A stretch of DNA of 64,000 bases, from the NCBI GenBank assembly GCA_964408855.1, contig CAYPBB010000012.1, forward strand, positions 19,321 to 83,320, in the 5' to 3' direction. The position numbers were made by a program, and so were the translations under genes. Below the pieces are notes generated by a model, which saw only the letters and a list, made by a program, of their open reading frames with translations, was not told the DNA's origin and searched no databases. Source of the DNA: an uncultured Ectothiorhodospiraceae bacterium (lineage in GTDB: Bacteria > Bacteroidota > Ignavibacteria > SZUA-365 > GCA-2699105). Positions 10,452 through 19,496 of the stretch are shown in pieces; positions within the stretch are counted from its first letter, which is position 1, and each line of letters starts with the position of its first letter.

Positions 10452-12197
10452 TTATTTCTTCGATTTCGATTTCGCAGGACCCATACCGGAAGGGTAATTG
10501 CGGATTTCGGAGCGGTACTCGCGAAGCGAATGCTTGTATCTGTTCAACCGTTCCTTGTACTGATTGATCTGAAAATACGGCGAGCCTGGCTGCGCATCGC
10601 GTTGCTCGTATTCGTAATAATCGGGACGGATTTCCACTCCCGGCGGTTCAGGCTGCGTATTGATATCCTTCAACATGCGCAACTCGGGGATGTTCATGCC
10701 GGTACTATCGAAGCGCAGATTGATGGAATTCATGATGCTGTCGATTCGAATGAAGATGTTCTTTGTATTGATCATGATATGCACGCCGTTTTCCGTATCG
10801 ATCGATTCCAGTTCGCGCTCCATCTGTTGCACCTGCCGTTCGTAAAACATCACAATGCTGTCCATGTCGCGGGGCTGCCATTGCGGTACACCGGCCGGCT
10901 CTTGTCCCGGGGCGAGCGTTCCGCGCCGCTGGACGGCATAGACCGATCCGGCTCCCGGTCTGCGCGGCTCGACATACGTCGCGACAAACCGCTGGTTATC
11001 GACCGGCATCTCATCGGGCGCCAGATACATCTGTATCCGCACTTCCGAACCGTTGGATGAAATTCGAATTTCGCTCCCGCTGCCTGTGCGTACCATTCTT
11101 CCCATTTCGGTTTCGACGCGGGCCTCTACTTCAAGCTGATGCGCCATATTCCGCGCCCATTGATCATATTCAGCCTGATAGCTCCTGCGCTGCGCCGTCA
11201 GTTGTTCCATCTGTTCCCGAACTTGTGTCCGGTCGATCTTCAGGCGGGAATACAGAATCGTATCCTTCGATAAAAGCAGATAATTGTTGTCTCCCGACCG
11301 CTCGCTCAACTGCCGTACGAGTACTGCCCGTGGAACGGCGGGACGATCCGAAGGACGGACCGTGTAAGCGGCGTTGCACGCTTCGAAGAACCGGCCCATC
11401 TTTTTGCGCCGGTCGACGTCGAGGCTGGCGGCGACCTTTGCCAGCAGCGACTGCTGTAAGTCGATAACCATGGGAGAGATGGCGAGGTTCTCATTCTGAT
11501 CGAACAGAACGCCTTCCTCGATCTGTTTGCTTGCGAGAAGGAATATTGTATCAAGCGCCTGTCGTTGAGCCTCCGTAGGTTGAATTTCTGAATACAAATC
11601 GTCGACGGTAATGGACGAATGCTTCGGATGGCTTCCTTGTCCGATTTCAAACACATAGCCTTTCTCCGTGGAGTTATCGATTCTCAGAACGGTCTGGCTT
11701 GAATCGTCGAGCCGCAGAACGCCGAACATGGCATATTGCAGCGCTTCATCCTTACCGGTTTTGTTGAACAGAGGCATGAGCCATCCGTTGACAACATTCT
11801 GTTCGTATGCTTGCTGCACGTTGTGCGATGTTTCGGTAAAGAGCTGCTTGATATCTCCGAACCGGAACACGGTGAATAGTACGATAAGAGCGAACGCAAG
11901 CGCGCCTACTCCGGCGAACGCCGGGAAAAACTTGCGCTGAAGCACTGTTTCCTGACCGGAGTGGTAGACAGGGCGGGGAAGCCTGCGCTCGACCGCGGAA
12001 TAAAAGTCGTTGTTCGGCGGGAGGCTCGGTGTTTGCGATAGCGCCTGCCGCAACGCAACCAGTTGCTCGTACCGTTTGCCTACTTCGGGAGAAGCGGCAA
12101 GCAGCGTCTCGATGTACATCTTGTCCTGGGGTGAGATCTCATTGTCGAGATACGAGGAGAGCAGCAAATCGAGCTGCCTGTTCGATACGCCGGTCAT
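10452..12197 (-). CDS. Anti-sigma factor: N-terminal zf-HC2-like cytoplasmic domain, one TM segment and a large periplasmic domain
   Basis: The N-terminus (LLSSYLDNEISPQDKMYIETLLAASPEVGKRYEQLVALRQAL) is typical of ECF anti-sigma factors. There is a TM segment (FPAFAGVGALAFALIVLFTVF). An ATGA overlap with the upstream sigma gene indicates translational coupling. Confidence 0.7.
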   Translation of the reverse strand: MTGVSNRQLDLLLSSYLDNEISPQDKMYIETLLAASPEVGKRYEQLVALRQALSQTPSLPPNNDFYSAVERRLPRPVYHSGQETVLQRKFFPAFAGVGALAFALIVLFTVFRFGDIKQLFTETSHNVQQAYEQNVVNGWLMPLFNKTGKDEALQYAMFGVLRLDDSSQTVLRIDNSTEKGYVFEIGQGSHPKHSSITVDDLYSEIQPTEAQRQALDTIFLLASKQIEEGVLFDQNENLAISPMVIDLQQSLLAKVAASLDVDRRKKMGRFFEACNAAYTVRPSDRPAVPRAVLVRQLSERSGDNNYLLLSKDTILYSRLKIDRTQVREQMEQLTAQRRSYQAEYDQWARNMAHQLEVEARVETEMGRMVRTGSGSEIRISSNGSEVRIQMYLAPDEMPVDNQRFVATYVEPRRPGAGSVYAVQRRGTLAPGQEPAGVPQWQPRDMDSIVMFYERQVQQMERELESIDTENGVHIMINTKNIFIRIDSIMNSINLRFDSTGMNIPELRMLKDINTQPEPPGVEIRPDYYEYEQRDAQPGSPYFQINQYKERLNRYKHSLREYRSEIRNYPSGMGPAKSKSKK

Positions 12198-12796
12198 AAC
12201 ACCCCCTCCAGGTATGGTCGTAGATAATCTCTCATCATTGTTCTTGCTCGTGATAGTCTCGATTTAACGGTACCCATTTCGCAATCCATCACTTCGGCAA
12301 TCTCCTCGTACGAAAGCCCCTGAACGTCCTTCAGCACAATGGGAATCCGGTACTTTTCCGGAAGCTGCTGAAGATACGATGAAAGGATATCGTGAAGTTC
12401 GCCGTCGTGAGGCTGCACCGAATGTTTGTTATGGATGAACTCCTGCATCGTTTCCGATAAACCTTCGAAGGAAAGAAAACGCCGCGTTTTCCGTTTTCTC
12501 ATCTCGTCGCGGCATGTGTTGACCGCAATGCGATACAACCATGTATAGAACGATGAGTGAAACCGGAAATGTTTGAGACCTTCATATGCCTTGATAAAGA
12601 CGTCCTGCGCAATATCATCCACCACATCCGAATCGCGGAAGATTGAGTAGATCAAATTGCGGATTTTCTCCTGGTAGCGTTCGACAAGCTGGCGGTACGT
12701 ACTTTCGTCGCCGCTCTGGAACAGCGTCACCAAGACTTCATCGTTCATTTCGCGCGGCCGAAGATCCACGTGTTGTTCAGATGTAAGAGTTTCCAT
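12194..12796 (-). CDS. ECF-type RNA polymerase sigma factor (sigma-70 regions 2 and 4)
   Basis: Region 2 reads DIAQDVFIKAYEGLKHFRFHSSFYTWLYRIAVNTCRD. Region 4 reads LSYEEIAEVMDCEMGTVKSRLSRAR. Confidence 0.85.
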   Translation of the reverse strand: METLTSEQHVDLRPREMNDEVLVTLFQSGDESTYRQLVERYQEKIRNLIYSIFRDSDVVDDIAQDVFIKAYEGLKHFRFHSSFYTWLYRIAVNTCRDEMRKRKTRRFLSFEGLSETMQEFIHNKHSVQPHDGELHDILSSYLQQLPEKYRIPIVLKDVQGLSYEEIAEVMDCEMGTVKSRLSRARTMMRDYLRPYLEGVL

Positions 12797-13032
12797 TCGC
12801 CTCCGTCGGTTTGCACGGTTATCGGATTAGACGGAGCCGTATCTTGAATGTTCCGTGAATATACGATTTTCATTCACCCCTTGCCTGGATCTGTCATCTC
12901 ACGATGGAAATCGTTATTTTTCTAACGAACCAAAACATTTCCACAGCTTCTACGTTATACCCCGCATCGGGACGACTTTTGTCCTGCATTGCCGTCCATT
13001 GTTTGGAAATCATTCATTTTCGAGGAGTATAT

Positions 13033-15480
13033 ATGAGAGTATTCATTGTCGGTCTTTTCTGCGCCGTATTCCTGGCCGGTTCTGCCAAAGCTCAGGATGG
13101 ATTCCAGAGCTACCATCGGCAGACCGATCTGTTATTGAGTTCGCCCGGTTCGTTGCGGTTCGGACTGAACGGTTTCGAAAATCCTGCAATGTTGAGTTAT
13201 ATCCGGAACTTCGATCTTTCCTATTCCTGGACAACGCAGGATACCGTCAACGGCGATTACAACAGATGGGGAGCGTTCGCCGGATTCCATAACTTCGGAT
13301 TCGGCGCGATGCATGAACGCTACAACGATGCCGAGGTGACCGACTACCGGCTTTCGTTCGCCGGCGGAGACAAGAGTTTCTCGACCGGCATTTCCTATGG
13401 TTGGTCGAACGGCAACCGCGCAGCATTTAACCGCGCATCCGTCTGGAATATTGGTTTCCTTGTACGACCGGCAGAATACGTTTCCATTGGTCTCGTCGGC
13501 ACGCAGCAGGTAGGAGGCAGCGGCAAGCAGGGGGTAATCGATATCGCAGCGCGCCCCTTCGGCAACGAATGGTTGACGCTCTTCGCGGATTACTCCATCA
13601 CAAACGATCAACGATTGAAAGAGGGCAACTGGAGCGGCGGCGCGGTCGTCGAAGTGTTGCCGGGGCTGCGGCTGGCGGGAAGGTATTTCGATACCAAAAC
13701 GGTTACAGCGGGCGTACAGATCGGACTTGGGGAAATCGGATTCACATCCCAGTCGCATATCCACGAGAACAAGGACGCGAATTACAATACGTACACGATC
13801 CGCGTCGGCGATAGGGATAGAAACCTATACAAGACGATCATTCCCGAAGAAAAATATTTAAAAATGGAGATGAAGGGACCTATCGCATACCAGCGATACA
13901 AGCTCTTCGACGAACGTATTACGCTCTATGAGCTACTGAAGGGTATCGACGCTGCGAGGAACGATCCGGAAATCAAAGGTATCGCCATCAATCTGTCCTC
14001 GCTTGAAACAAACCGCGAATTTGTATGGGAGTTGCGCGAGCGGCTGAAGGAATTCAGATCGGCAGGGAAGAAGGTCGTTGCTTATATCGACCGGGCGAAT
14101 ATCGATCTCTATCAGCTTGCCTCCGTGTGCGATAACATCGTCATGGATCCGATTGGTATGATCTCGCTTGAAGGATTCATCATGGGAAGAACCTTCATGA
14201 AGAACACTCTGGAAAAAATCGGTATCGGCTTCGACGAATGGAGATTTTTCACCTACAAGTCGGCAATGGAATCGTTCTCGCGCGAATCGATGTCCGACGG
14301 CGACCGCGAACAACGGCAGGCTGTGATAGACGATTACTATGCATTGGCGAAAAAGGACATATGCGAAGGCAGGAGTATCGATCCCGGCGCATTCGATGAG
14401 ATGGTAGACAATGTCGTGCTGTTCCAGGCAACGATGGCGCTCGAACGTGGATTGGTGGATACTCTCGGCAGGTGGGATGCCGTTGAGGCCGTTGTCAAGA
14501 AGCTCGAAGACGGATCGGTGCCATACACATCTGTTTCGACGCTGGATGAATTCACGCGTCCATACGATGCCAAATGGGGTGAAGAACCAAAAATCGCGAT
14601 CGTGTATGCTCTCGGAGCCTGCGCGATGGACGAAGGCATCAAGGCGCGGTCGCTGTCGAAGGTCATTCAGGGTATCGGTAAAAATCCGCAGATCAAGGCG
14701 GTCGTATTCAGAGTCGATTCCCCCGGAGGCGACGGCATGGCATCGGATATCGTAGCCGAGGCGTTGAAAGAATGCCGTAAATCGAAACCGGTCATTATTT
14801 CGCAGGGCTATGTCGCTGCTTCCGGCGGCTATTGGCTAAGCATGTACGGCGATACAATTGTTGCGGCTCCGAACACAATTACAGGCTCCATCGGCGTTAT
14901 CGGCGGATGGTTCTATAACAAGACGCTGAAAGACGAGCTTGGATTCACGACCGATCACGTTAAGAAGGGCAAACATGCGGACCTCGGTTTCGGCGCGACC
15001 ATGCCGCTCCTCGGACTTACTATCCCGGATAGAAACCTGACCCCTGAAGAGCATGCCAAAATGAAAGAGTACATCATGTATCACTATTACGATTTCGCAG
15101 GGAAGGTCGCTTCAGGCAGGGATATGGATACATCGAAGGTGCTTGAGATTGCACAGGGCAGAATATGGTCGGGAACAGACGGCGCTTCGAACGGTCTCGT
15201 CGATGTACTCGGCGGTATGATGGATGCGGTGAGAATTGCAAAAGAACGGGCGGGGATAGGGAAAGATGAACCGGTGACAATTTACCAGTATCCTGAACCG
15301 GAGCTTTTCAATCTGAGCGGACTGTTTCAGCCCTCCCTCGTCGGCGTAAATGTCATGAATGATCCGCTGGTCAGACATTTGAAATTCCGACTGGAAAACA
15401 ACGGTATACCAATGCCGATGCTTCCGGCTGAAGACTGGGATGCAACGATGCTGCATCTCGGATTCGATCTAAACAATTGA
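13033..15480 (+). CDS. sppA: Signal peptide peptidase SppA (S49 family, large two-domain type) with an extra N-terminal beta-rich domain
   Basis: The in-frame ATG at 13033 gives a signal peptide (MRVFIVGLFCAVFLAGSAKAQ). The C-terminal two-thirds carry tandem S49/ClpP-like domains (VVFRVDSPGGDGMASD...ISQGYVAASGGYWLSMYGD). The N-terminal roughly 250 aa are rich in Gly/aromatic beta-strand-like repeats. Confidence 0.75.
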   Translation: MRVFIVGLFCAVFLAGSAKAQDGFQSYHRQTDLLLSSPGSLRFGLNGFENPAMLSYIRNFDLSYSWTTQDTVNGDYNRWGAFAGFHNFGFGAMHERYNDAEVTDYRLSFAGGDKSFSTGISYGWSNGNRAAFNRASVWNIGFLVRPAEYVSIGLVGTQQVGGSGKQGVIDIAARPFGNEWLTLFADYSITNDQRLKEGNWSGGAVVEVLPGLRLAGRYFDTKTVTAGVQIGLGEIGFTSQSHIHENKDANYNTYTIRVGDRDRNLYKTIIPEEKYLKMEMKGPIAYQRYKLFDERITLYELLKGIDAARNDPEIKGIAINLSSLETNREFVWELRERLKEFRSAGKKVVAYIDRANIDLYQLASVCDNIVMDPIGMISLEGFIMGRTFMKNTLEKIGIGFDEWRFFTYKSAMESFSRESMSDGDREQRQAVIDDYYALAKKDICEGRSIDPGAFDEMVDNVVLFQATMALERGLVDTLGRWDAVEAVVKKLEDGSVPYTSVSTLDEFTRPYDAKWGEEPKIAIVYALGACAMDEGIKARSLSKVIQGIGKNPQIKAVVFRVDSPGGDGMASDIVAEALKECRKSKPVIISQGYVAASGGYWLSMYGDTIVAAPNTITGSIGVIGGWFYNKTLKDELGFTTDHVKKGKHADLGFGATMPLLGLTIPDRNLTPEEHAKMKEYIMYHYYDFAGKVASGRDMDTSKVLEIAQGRIWSGTDGASNGLVDVLGGMMDAVRIAKERAGIGKDEPVTIYQYPEPELFNLSGLFQPSLVGVNVMNDPLVRHLKFRLENNGIPMPMLPAEDWDATMLHLGFDLNN

Positions 15481-15502
15481 TAGTACTCAATATCACAATC
15501 AA

Positions 15503-15529
15503 AGCGGGCTGTTCGAAAGACAACCCGCT
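15503..15529 (-). terminator. Hairpin; candidate terminator for the Spy-like operon
   Basis: A 10-bp stem (agcgggctgt / acaacccgct) pairs with one G·U on the minus-strand transcript. It lies immediately after the minus-strand stop at 15533 and is followed by a T-rich tract on the minus strand. Confidence 0.4.
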
Positions 15530-15532
15530 ACG

Positions 15533-16054
15533 TTATCTGTCGCGAGGCGGGAATCTCCGTCGCTCACCGTCTTTACCGGGACCGGGACCGCGATCGCGGA
15601 AGGACTCGAGTATTCTGCGAACCTCTTCGGCGAACCGGTACTCGAACACCACCATTTTCGCTATCTGTTGTACGGAGAGAATATCCTTGAGCGTATACGG
15701 GAAATCATGTCTCGTCTTCTGAATCTGCTCGGTTATAGACTGTACAGTCTGAATACCGTTTAACAGTTCGTCCTCGGATGCATTGTCCTTCACCAGTTTA
15801 TGAAGGCTTTGAACGGCCTCGGCGCGCTTCTCGTTCAGCGCTTTGACTGCCTTTTTGTTATCCTTTTCTCTTGTGAAAAGGCGAGTTGCCTGGTCTTCCG
15901 TCAAATCGAGCGCTTCGATGAGTTTGATCCGCCGGAGCTGTTCGAGTTTTTCTGAAGCGGGTCCGTCGTCGGGAGGATCGGGCATCTGAGCTGCCGCCCG
16001 CACGCCCGGAAGGAATACGACCAGGCCGAAAACAAGTACGATAACTAGTCTCAT
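15533..16054 (-). CDS. Periplasmic LTXXQ-motif protein of the Spy/CpxP family
   Basis: Taking the start at MRLVIVLVFGLVVFLPGVRAAAQ gives a signal peptide. It contains an LTXXQ motif (LDLTEDQATRLF). It is helical, rich in charged residues, and about 170 aa. Confidence 0.6.
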   Translation of the reverse strand: MRLVIVLVFGLVVFLPGVRAAAQMPDPPDDGPASEKLEQLRRIKLIEALDLTEDQATRLFTREKDNKKAVKALNEKRAEAVQSLHKLVKDNASEDELLNGIQTVQSITEQIQKTRHDFPYTLKDILSVQQIAKMVVFEYRFAEEVRRILESFRDRGPGPGKDGERRRFPPRDR

Positions 16055-16073
16055 ATTGAACTCATAAAATGTT

Positions 16074-16739
16074 TCACAGAATCGATTTACCGTCAAGTTG
16101 CTCAAGTAATTCGCTCGCCGATTTCGTGGTCAGCGAACGTAATACATCATCGGTGGAAAGATACTCGTTGCTCGCAGCTAAGAACTCTTTATAAGCGATG
16201 TTTTCGAACATCTCTTCATGTACCGCAGCGATGAATGCCGTTTCTTCCTCTCCCGACAGTACCACGACGGCATTGTCGAGGCTCAGGTCGGAAAGCAGAA
16301 TGTCATCCGGCGTCTGAATCCGAATTTGCGCCAGGGGGTCTGGGTCGGTCAAAACAAGGGTCTCTTCTATTGTTGCCGAGGTTCCTCCTGGAAGGATGTC
16401 GTCACTCTGCGGCGACATTAAAAGAAAGAACGAAGCAATCACAACCGCGAGCCCACCGGCCGGAACAAAAATACGGAATGGAACGAAATCGAACAGATGC
16501 CGCCGTTTTTGCCTGTCAATTTCATCGTTTACATGTACAAGAAGGCGACTAAGCGCAGCCGACTGCACCGGTATTGCTCGTTCTTCGTGCATGAGTTGCA
16601 TTACCGGCAGAAGACGGTTGTATTCTTCCCGTAGCGCCGGATCCTGGTCCAGCATGCGCTGCACCTCGACTTTTTCGGGGTCGGAAAGGGCGCCGTTGAT
16701 GTAATCGGGCAGCAAATATTTCAATTCTTCATGTTTCAC
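16074..16739 (-). CDS. Anti-sigma factor (zf-HC2-like N-terminus, single TM)
   Basis: The N-terminus reads MKHEELKYLLPDYINGALSDPEKVEVQRMLDQDPALREEYNRLLPVM. There is a TM segment (GGLAVVIASFFLLM). It overlaps the 3' end of the upstream sigma gene. Confidence 0.65.
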   Translation of the reverse strand: MKHEELKYLLPDYINGALSDPEKVEVQRMLDQDPALREEYNRLLPVMQLMHEERAIPVQSAALSRLLVHVNDEIDRQKRRHLFDFVPFRIFVPAGGLAVVIASFFLLMSPQSDDILPGGTSATIEETLVLTDPDPLAQIRIQTPDDILLSDLSLDNAVVVLSGEEETAFIAAVHEEMFENIAYKEFLAASNEYLSTDDVLRSLTTKSASELLEQLDGKSIL

Positions 16740-17279
16740 GCTTTATATACTCCTCGATCTTCCGCACTGCATGGTAATAGTTCGCTTTCAATCCTCCAAC
16801 CGACGTATTGAGGATTTTGGATATCTCCTCATACGGGGTTTCCTGATAATATCGAAGAACAAAGACTATCCGCTGTTTTTCCGGCAGAGTGGTTATTGCC
16901 TTTTCTATCAACGATTTAAGCTCGCGTTTTTCAAGTTCTTCTGAAGGTTCGTCATCGTCCGATGGCACAGATTCAGCCACATCGTCGAGAGAAAAAAACG
17001 ACCGGAGCTTTTTCTTGCGCAGCAGATTGATGCTGAGATTCGTCGCTATGCTGAAAAGCCAGGTCGAAAACTGACTATCGCCTCTAAAGGACATAATGTT
17101 TTTATATGCGCGAACAAACACGTCCTGAGTAATATCGAGTGCGTCGTCATGATCGGCGACAATTCGCCGAACCGTCCAATACACGCGATCCTGGTTACGC
17201 AGCACTAATTGATTGAAAGCCAAGCGGTTTCCCTGCTTACATTCAAGTACAAGCTTTGCGTCGGTTCTTTCGCTCATCC
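16729..17279 (-). CDS. ECF-type RNA polymerase sigma factor
   Basis: Taking the internal Met start (MSERTDAKLVLECKQGNRLAFNQLV...), the ORF 16729..17481 has no recognisable extension upstream. Region 2 reads DITQDVFVRAYKNIMSFRGDSQFSTWLFSIATNLSIN. Region 4 reads ETPYEEISKILNTSVGGLKANYYHAVRKI. Confidence 0.8.
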
Positions 17280-17475
17280 AGGTCCACGTCGTTGTTTCTG
17301 TCAGTTTGACATTGAATCGCTGTGGGAGTTTAACAGGGGAACATAGAAAAATAAAACTTGAAAAACTTGCATGAATCATTTGCTTTTGAGCACATTTCTG
17401 GTAAATTGCACGTTGATTCATGTTGAATCTTAGCCCACACACACAACCAAGTTTCATAATTACTGTTTTTGCATT

Positions 17476-19479
17476 ATGCAAATTCGCGCGGTTGCGGATA
17501 CTTTTGTAGAATCTTCCCGCATACCTCTCATTCTGATTAAAAATGAAGAGGGCGAGATGATACTGAATGATCTTGCAAAAGACATTCTACAAAAATTTCA
17601 CATCCGCGGACAGTATAAGGATATCTGCGCTTCGATTGGGCGCTCCCTGAACGGGATTACTATCGATGAACTTGTTACCGTTGTACGAAACAGCGGCGAA
17701 CCGCTGACCGAATACTATGCTTTTGCGCCTCCTCAATCCAGCGACATTCTGGCTTGCACCGGTTTTCCGGTAGGAAACGGCGACGTTCCGCTCGTCTGTC
17801 TGCAGCTACGCGCCGATTCGATGCAGGGAATGACGCCCGGTTCGGATACGAACCACCTGCTTATGCAGGAACGCGCCGCGGAATATGCCGACCTGAACAG
17901 CTTCCTCACAGCTATTCTCGATAGCTCCACCGAAACATTTATTATTGCTGTCAGCCAGAATGGAACAATCCTGAGCTTCAACAACGGCGCATGCAATATG
18001 TTTCAGTATGCGAAACGGGAAGTGGTCGGCAGGTTGCATATCTCGGACCTGTTCGCGCCGTCGGACAGGGAAAGCGGCGTCTGGGAAGAGATGGTTGCCG
18101 ACGCATTCGCGAGAGAGAAAAGCGAACGTACCACCAACCTCCTTCGTCACGACGGCACAATATTTCCTGCGCTCGTCGATCTCACGCCGTTGAGAAACTC
18201 CGAGAACCAGACTCTTGGGACGTTGTTCCTCGGCAGGGATATGAGCGAGACGCTGAAAACGCAGCGCGCATTGGCAGACAGGAAAGAAGAGCTCGAGTTC
18301 ATCAATCTCATGTCGCTTCAGATGAGCGAGTCCCTCAAGGTCGAAGAGGTCGCCGCCATCGCGCTGAAGCAGCTTCATCACAAATTCTACGGCATGTACA
18401 GCGCGCTTTACCTCCTGAACCGGGAGGAAATGCTGTACCGGCTGACTGCGTCCATCCCGGCAGGCTTGCCCGACGAGCGCGAGCAACTGATGTATCCGAC
18501 TATCGATGATTCTCTTTTAATGGAGAACGGCGAGCTTCTCATCCGCGGAGCGGGAAAGATCACCGAATTGGGCGATTACACCGTGCCGAAGCCGGCCGTA
18601 AAGCTGATGATTCCGCTGACGCAAAAGGCTTCGCTCATCGGCGTCGCCGTCGTCATTACGCCGAGGTTGTACAACCGCGACGATGAATTGATCCGGTTCG
18701 GCGCAGCCTTGGGCGCGACAATCGGAAGCACGCTCGAAAACTCCATCCTCTTCAACGACTCGATAACCAAGTCGCAGGAAATCAAAAAGCAGAATCAGGA
18801 ACTCGACGAATTTGCGTACGTCGTATCGCACGACCTGAAAGAACCGCTGGCGGGGATTTCGTTTATCTCCAATCTCCTTGTTGACGAGTACTATAACTCG
18901 TTCGACGAGACAGGGAAGACGTACATCGCCTCGCTGATCGATTTCTCGAAACGGCTTGGAGCGTTGATCGATGCGTTGCTCGATCTCAGCCGGATCGGAC
19001 GCATCACCAATCAACTTGAACGCGTCGATTTGCAAGAGGTGTTGTTCAACGTCAAGCAAAACCTCTCGCACCGTCTCAACCGCGACGAAGTGGAATTTCT
19101 CGTGCCGAGAACCGTTCCCTACGTCTACGGCGACAAAACGAGAATCGAACAGGTCTTCTTCAACCTGGTCGGGAACGCCATCAAATTCAACGACAAGCCG
19201 CGTCCGCGGGTTGAGATTGGATACGCCGAGTACAGCGGGGAGCAGTGGCAATTCTATGTACGCGACAACGGTATCGGGATTGAATCGGAATATTTCGAAA
19301 AAATCTTCAAGATATTTGAACGGCTGCAGCCCCGCGAAGAATACGAAGGCAATGGCGCCGGTCTGACAATCGTCAAAAAGATTGTCGAACATCACGGCGG
19401 TAAAGTGTGGTTGGAATCGGTGCTCGACGAGGGCACCACATTCTATTTCACGCTTCCCAAATTCAACGAAACATCATAA
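17476..19479 (+). CDS. Sensor histidine kinase with PAS and GAF-like domains, HisKA and HATPase_c
   Basis: The H-box reads EFAYVVSHDLKEPL. The N/G boxes read NLVGNAIKFN...GNGAGLTIVKKIVEHHGGKVWLES. No TM segments were seen, so it is probably cytoplasmic. The start is uncertain. Confidence 0.8.
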   Translation: MQIRAVADTFVESSRIPLILIKNEEGEMILNDLAKDILQKFHIRGQYKDICASIGRSLNGITIDELVTVVRNSGEPLTEYYAFAPPQSSDILACTGFPVGNGDVPLVCLQLRADSMQGMTPGSDTNHLLMQERAAEYADLNSFLTAILDSSTETFIIAVSQNGTILSFNNGACNMFQYAKREVVGRLHISDLFAPSDRESGVWEEMVADAFAREKSERTTNLLRHDGTIFPALVDLTPLRNSENQTLGTLFLGRDMSETLKTQRALADRKEELEFINLMSLQMSESLKVEEVAAIALKQLHHKFYGMYSALYLLNREEMLYRLTASIPAGLPDEREQLMYPTIDDSLLMENGELLIRGAGKITELGDYTVPKPAVKLMIPLTQKASLIGVAVVITPRLYNRDDELIRFGAALGATIGSTLENSILFNDSITKSQEIKKQNQELDEFAYVVSHDLKEPLAGISFISNLLVDEYYNSFDETGKTYIASLIDFSKRLGALIDALLDLSRIGRITNQLERVDLQEVLFNVKQNLSHRLNRDEVEFLVPRTVPYVYGDKTRIEQVFFNLVGNAIKFNDKPRPRVEIGYAEYSGEQWQFYVRDNGIGIESEYFEKIFKIFERLQPREEYEGNGAGLTIVKKIVEHHGGKVWLESVLDEGTTFYFTLPKFNETS

Positions 19480-19496
19480 CAAACGTGAGAATCACA

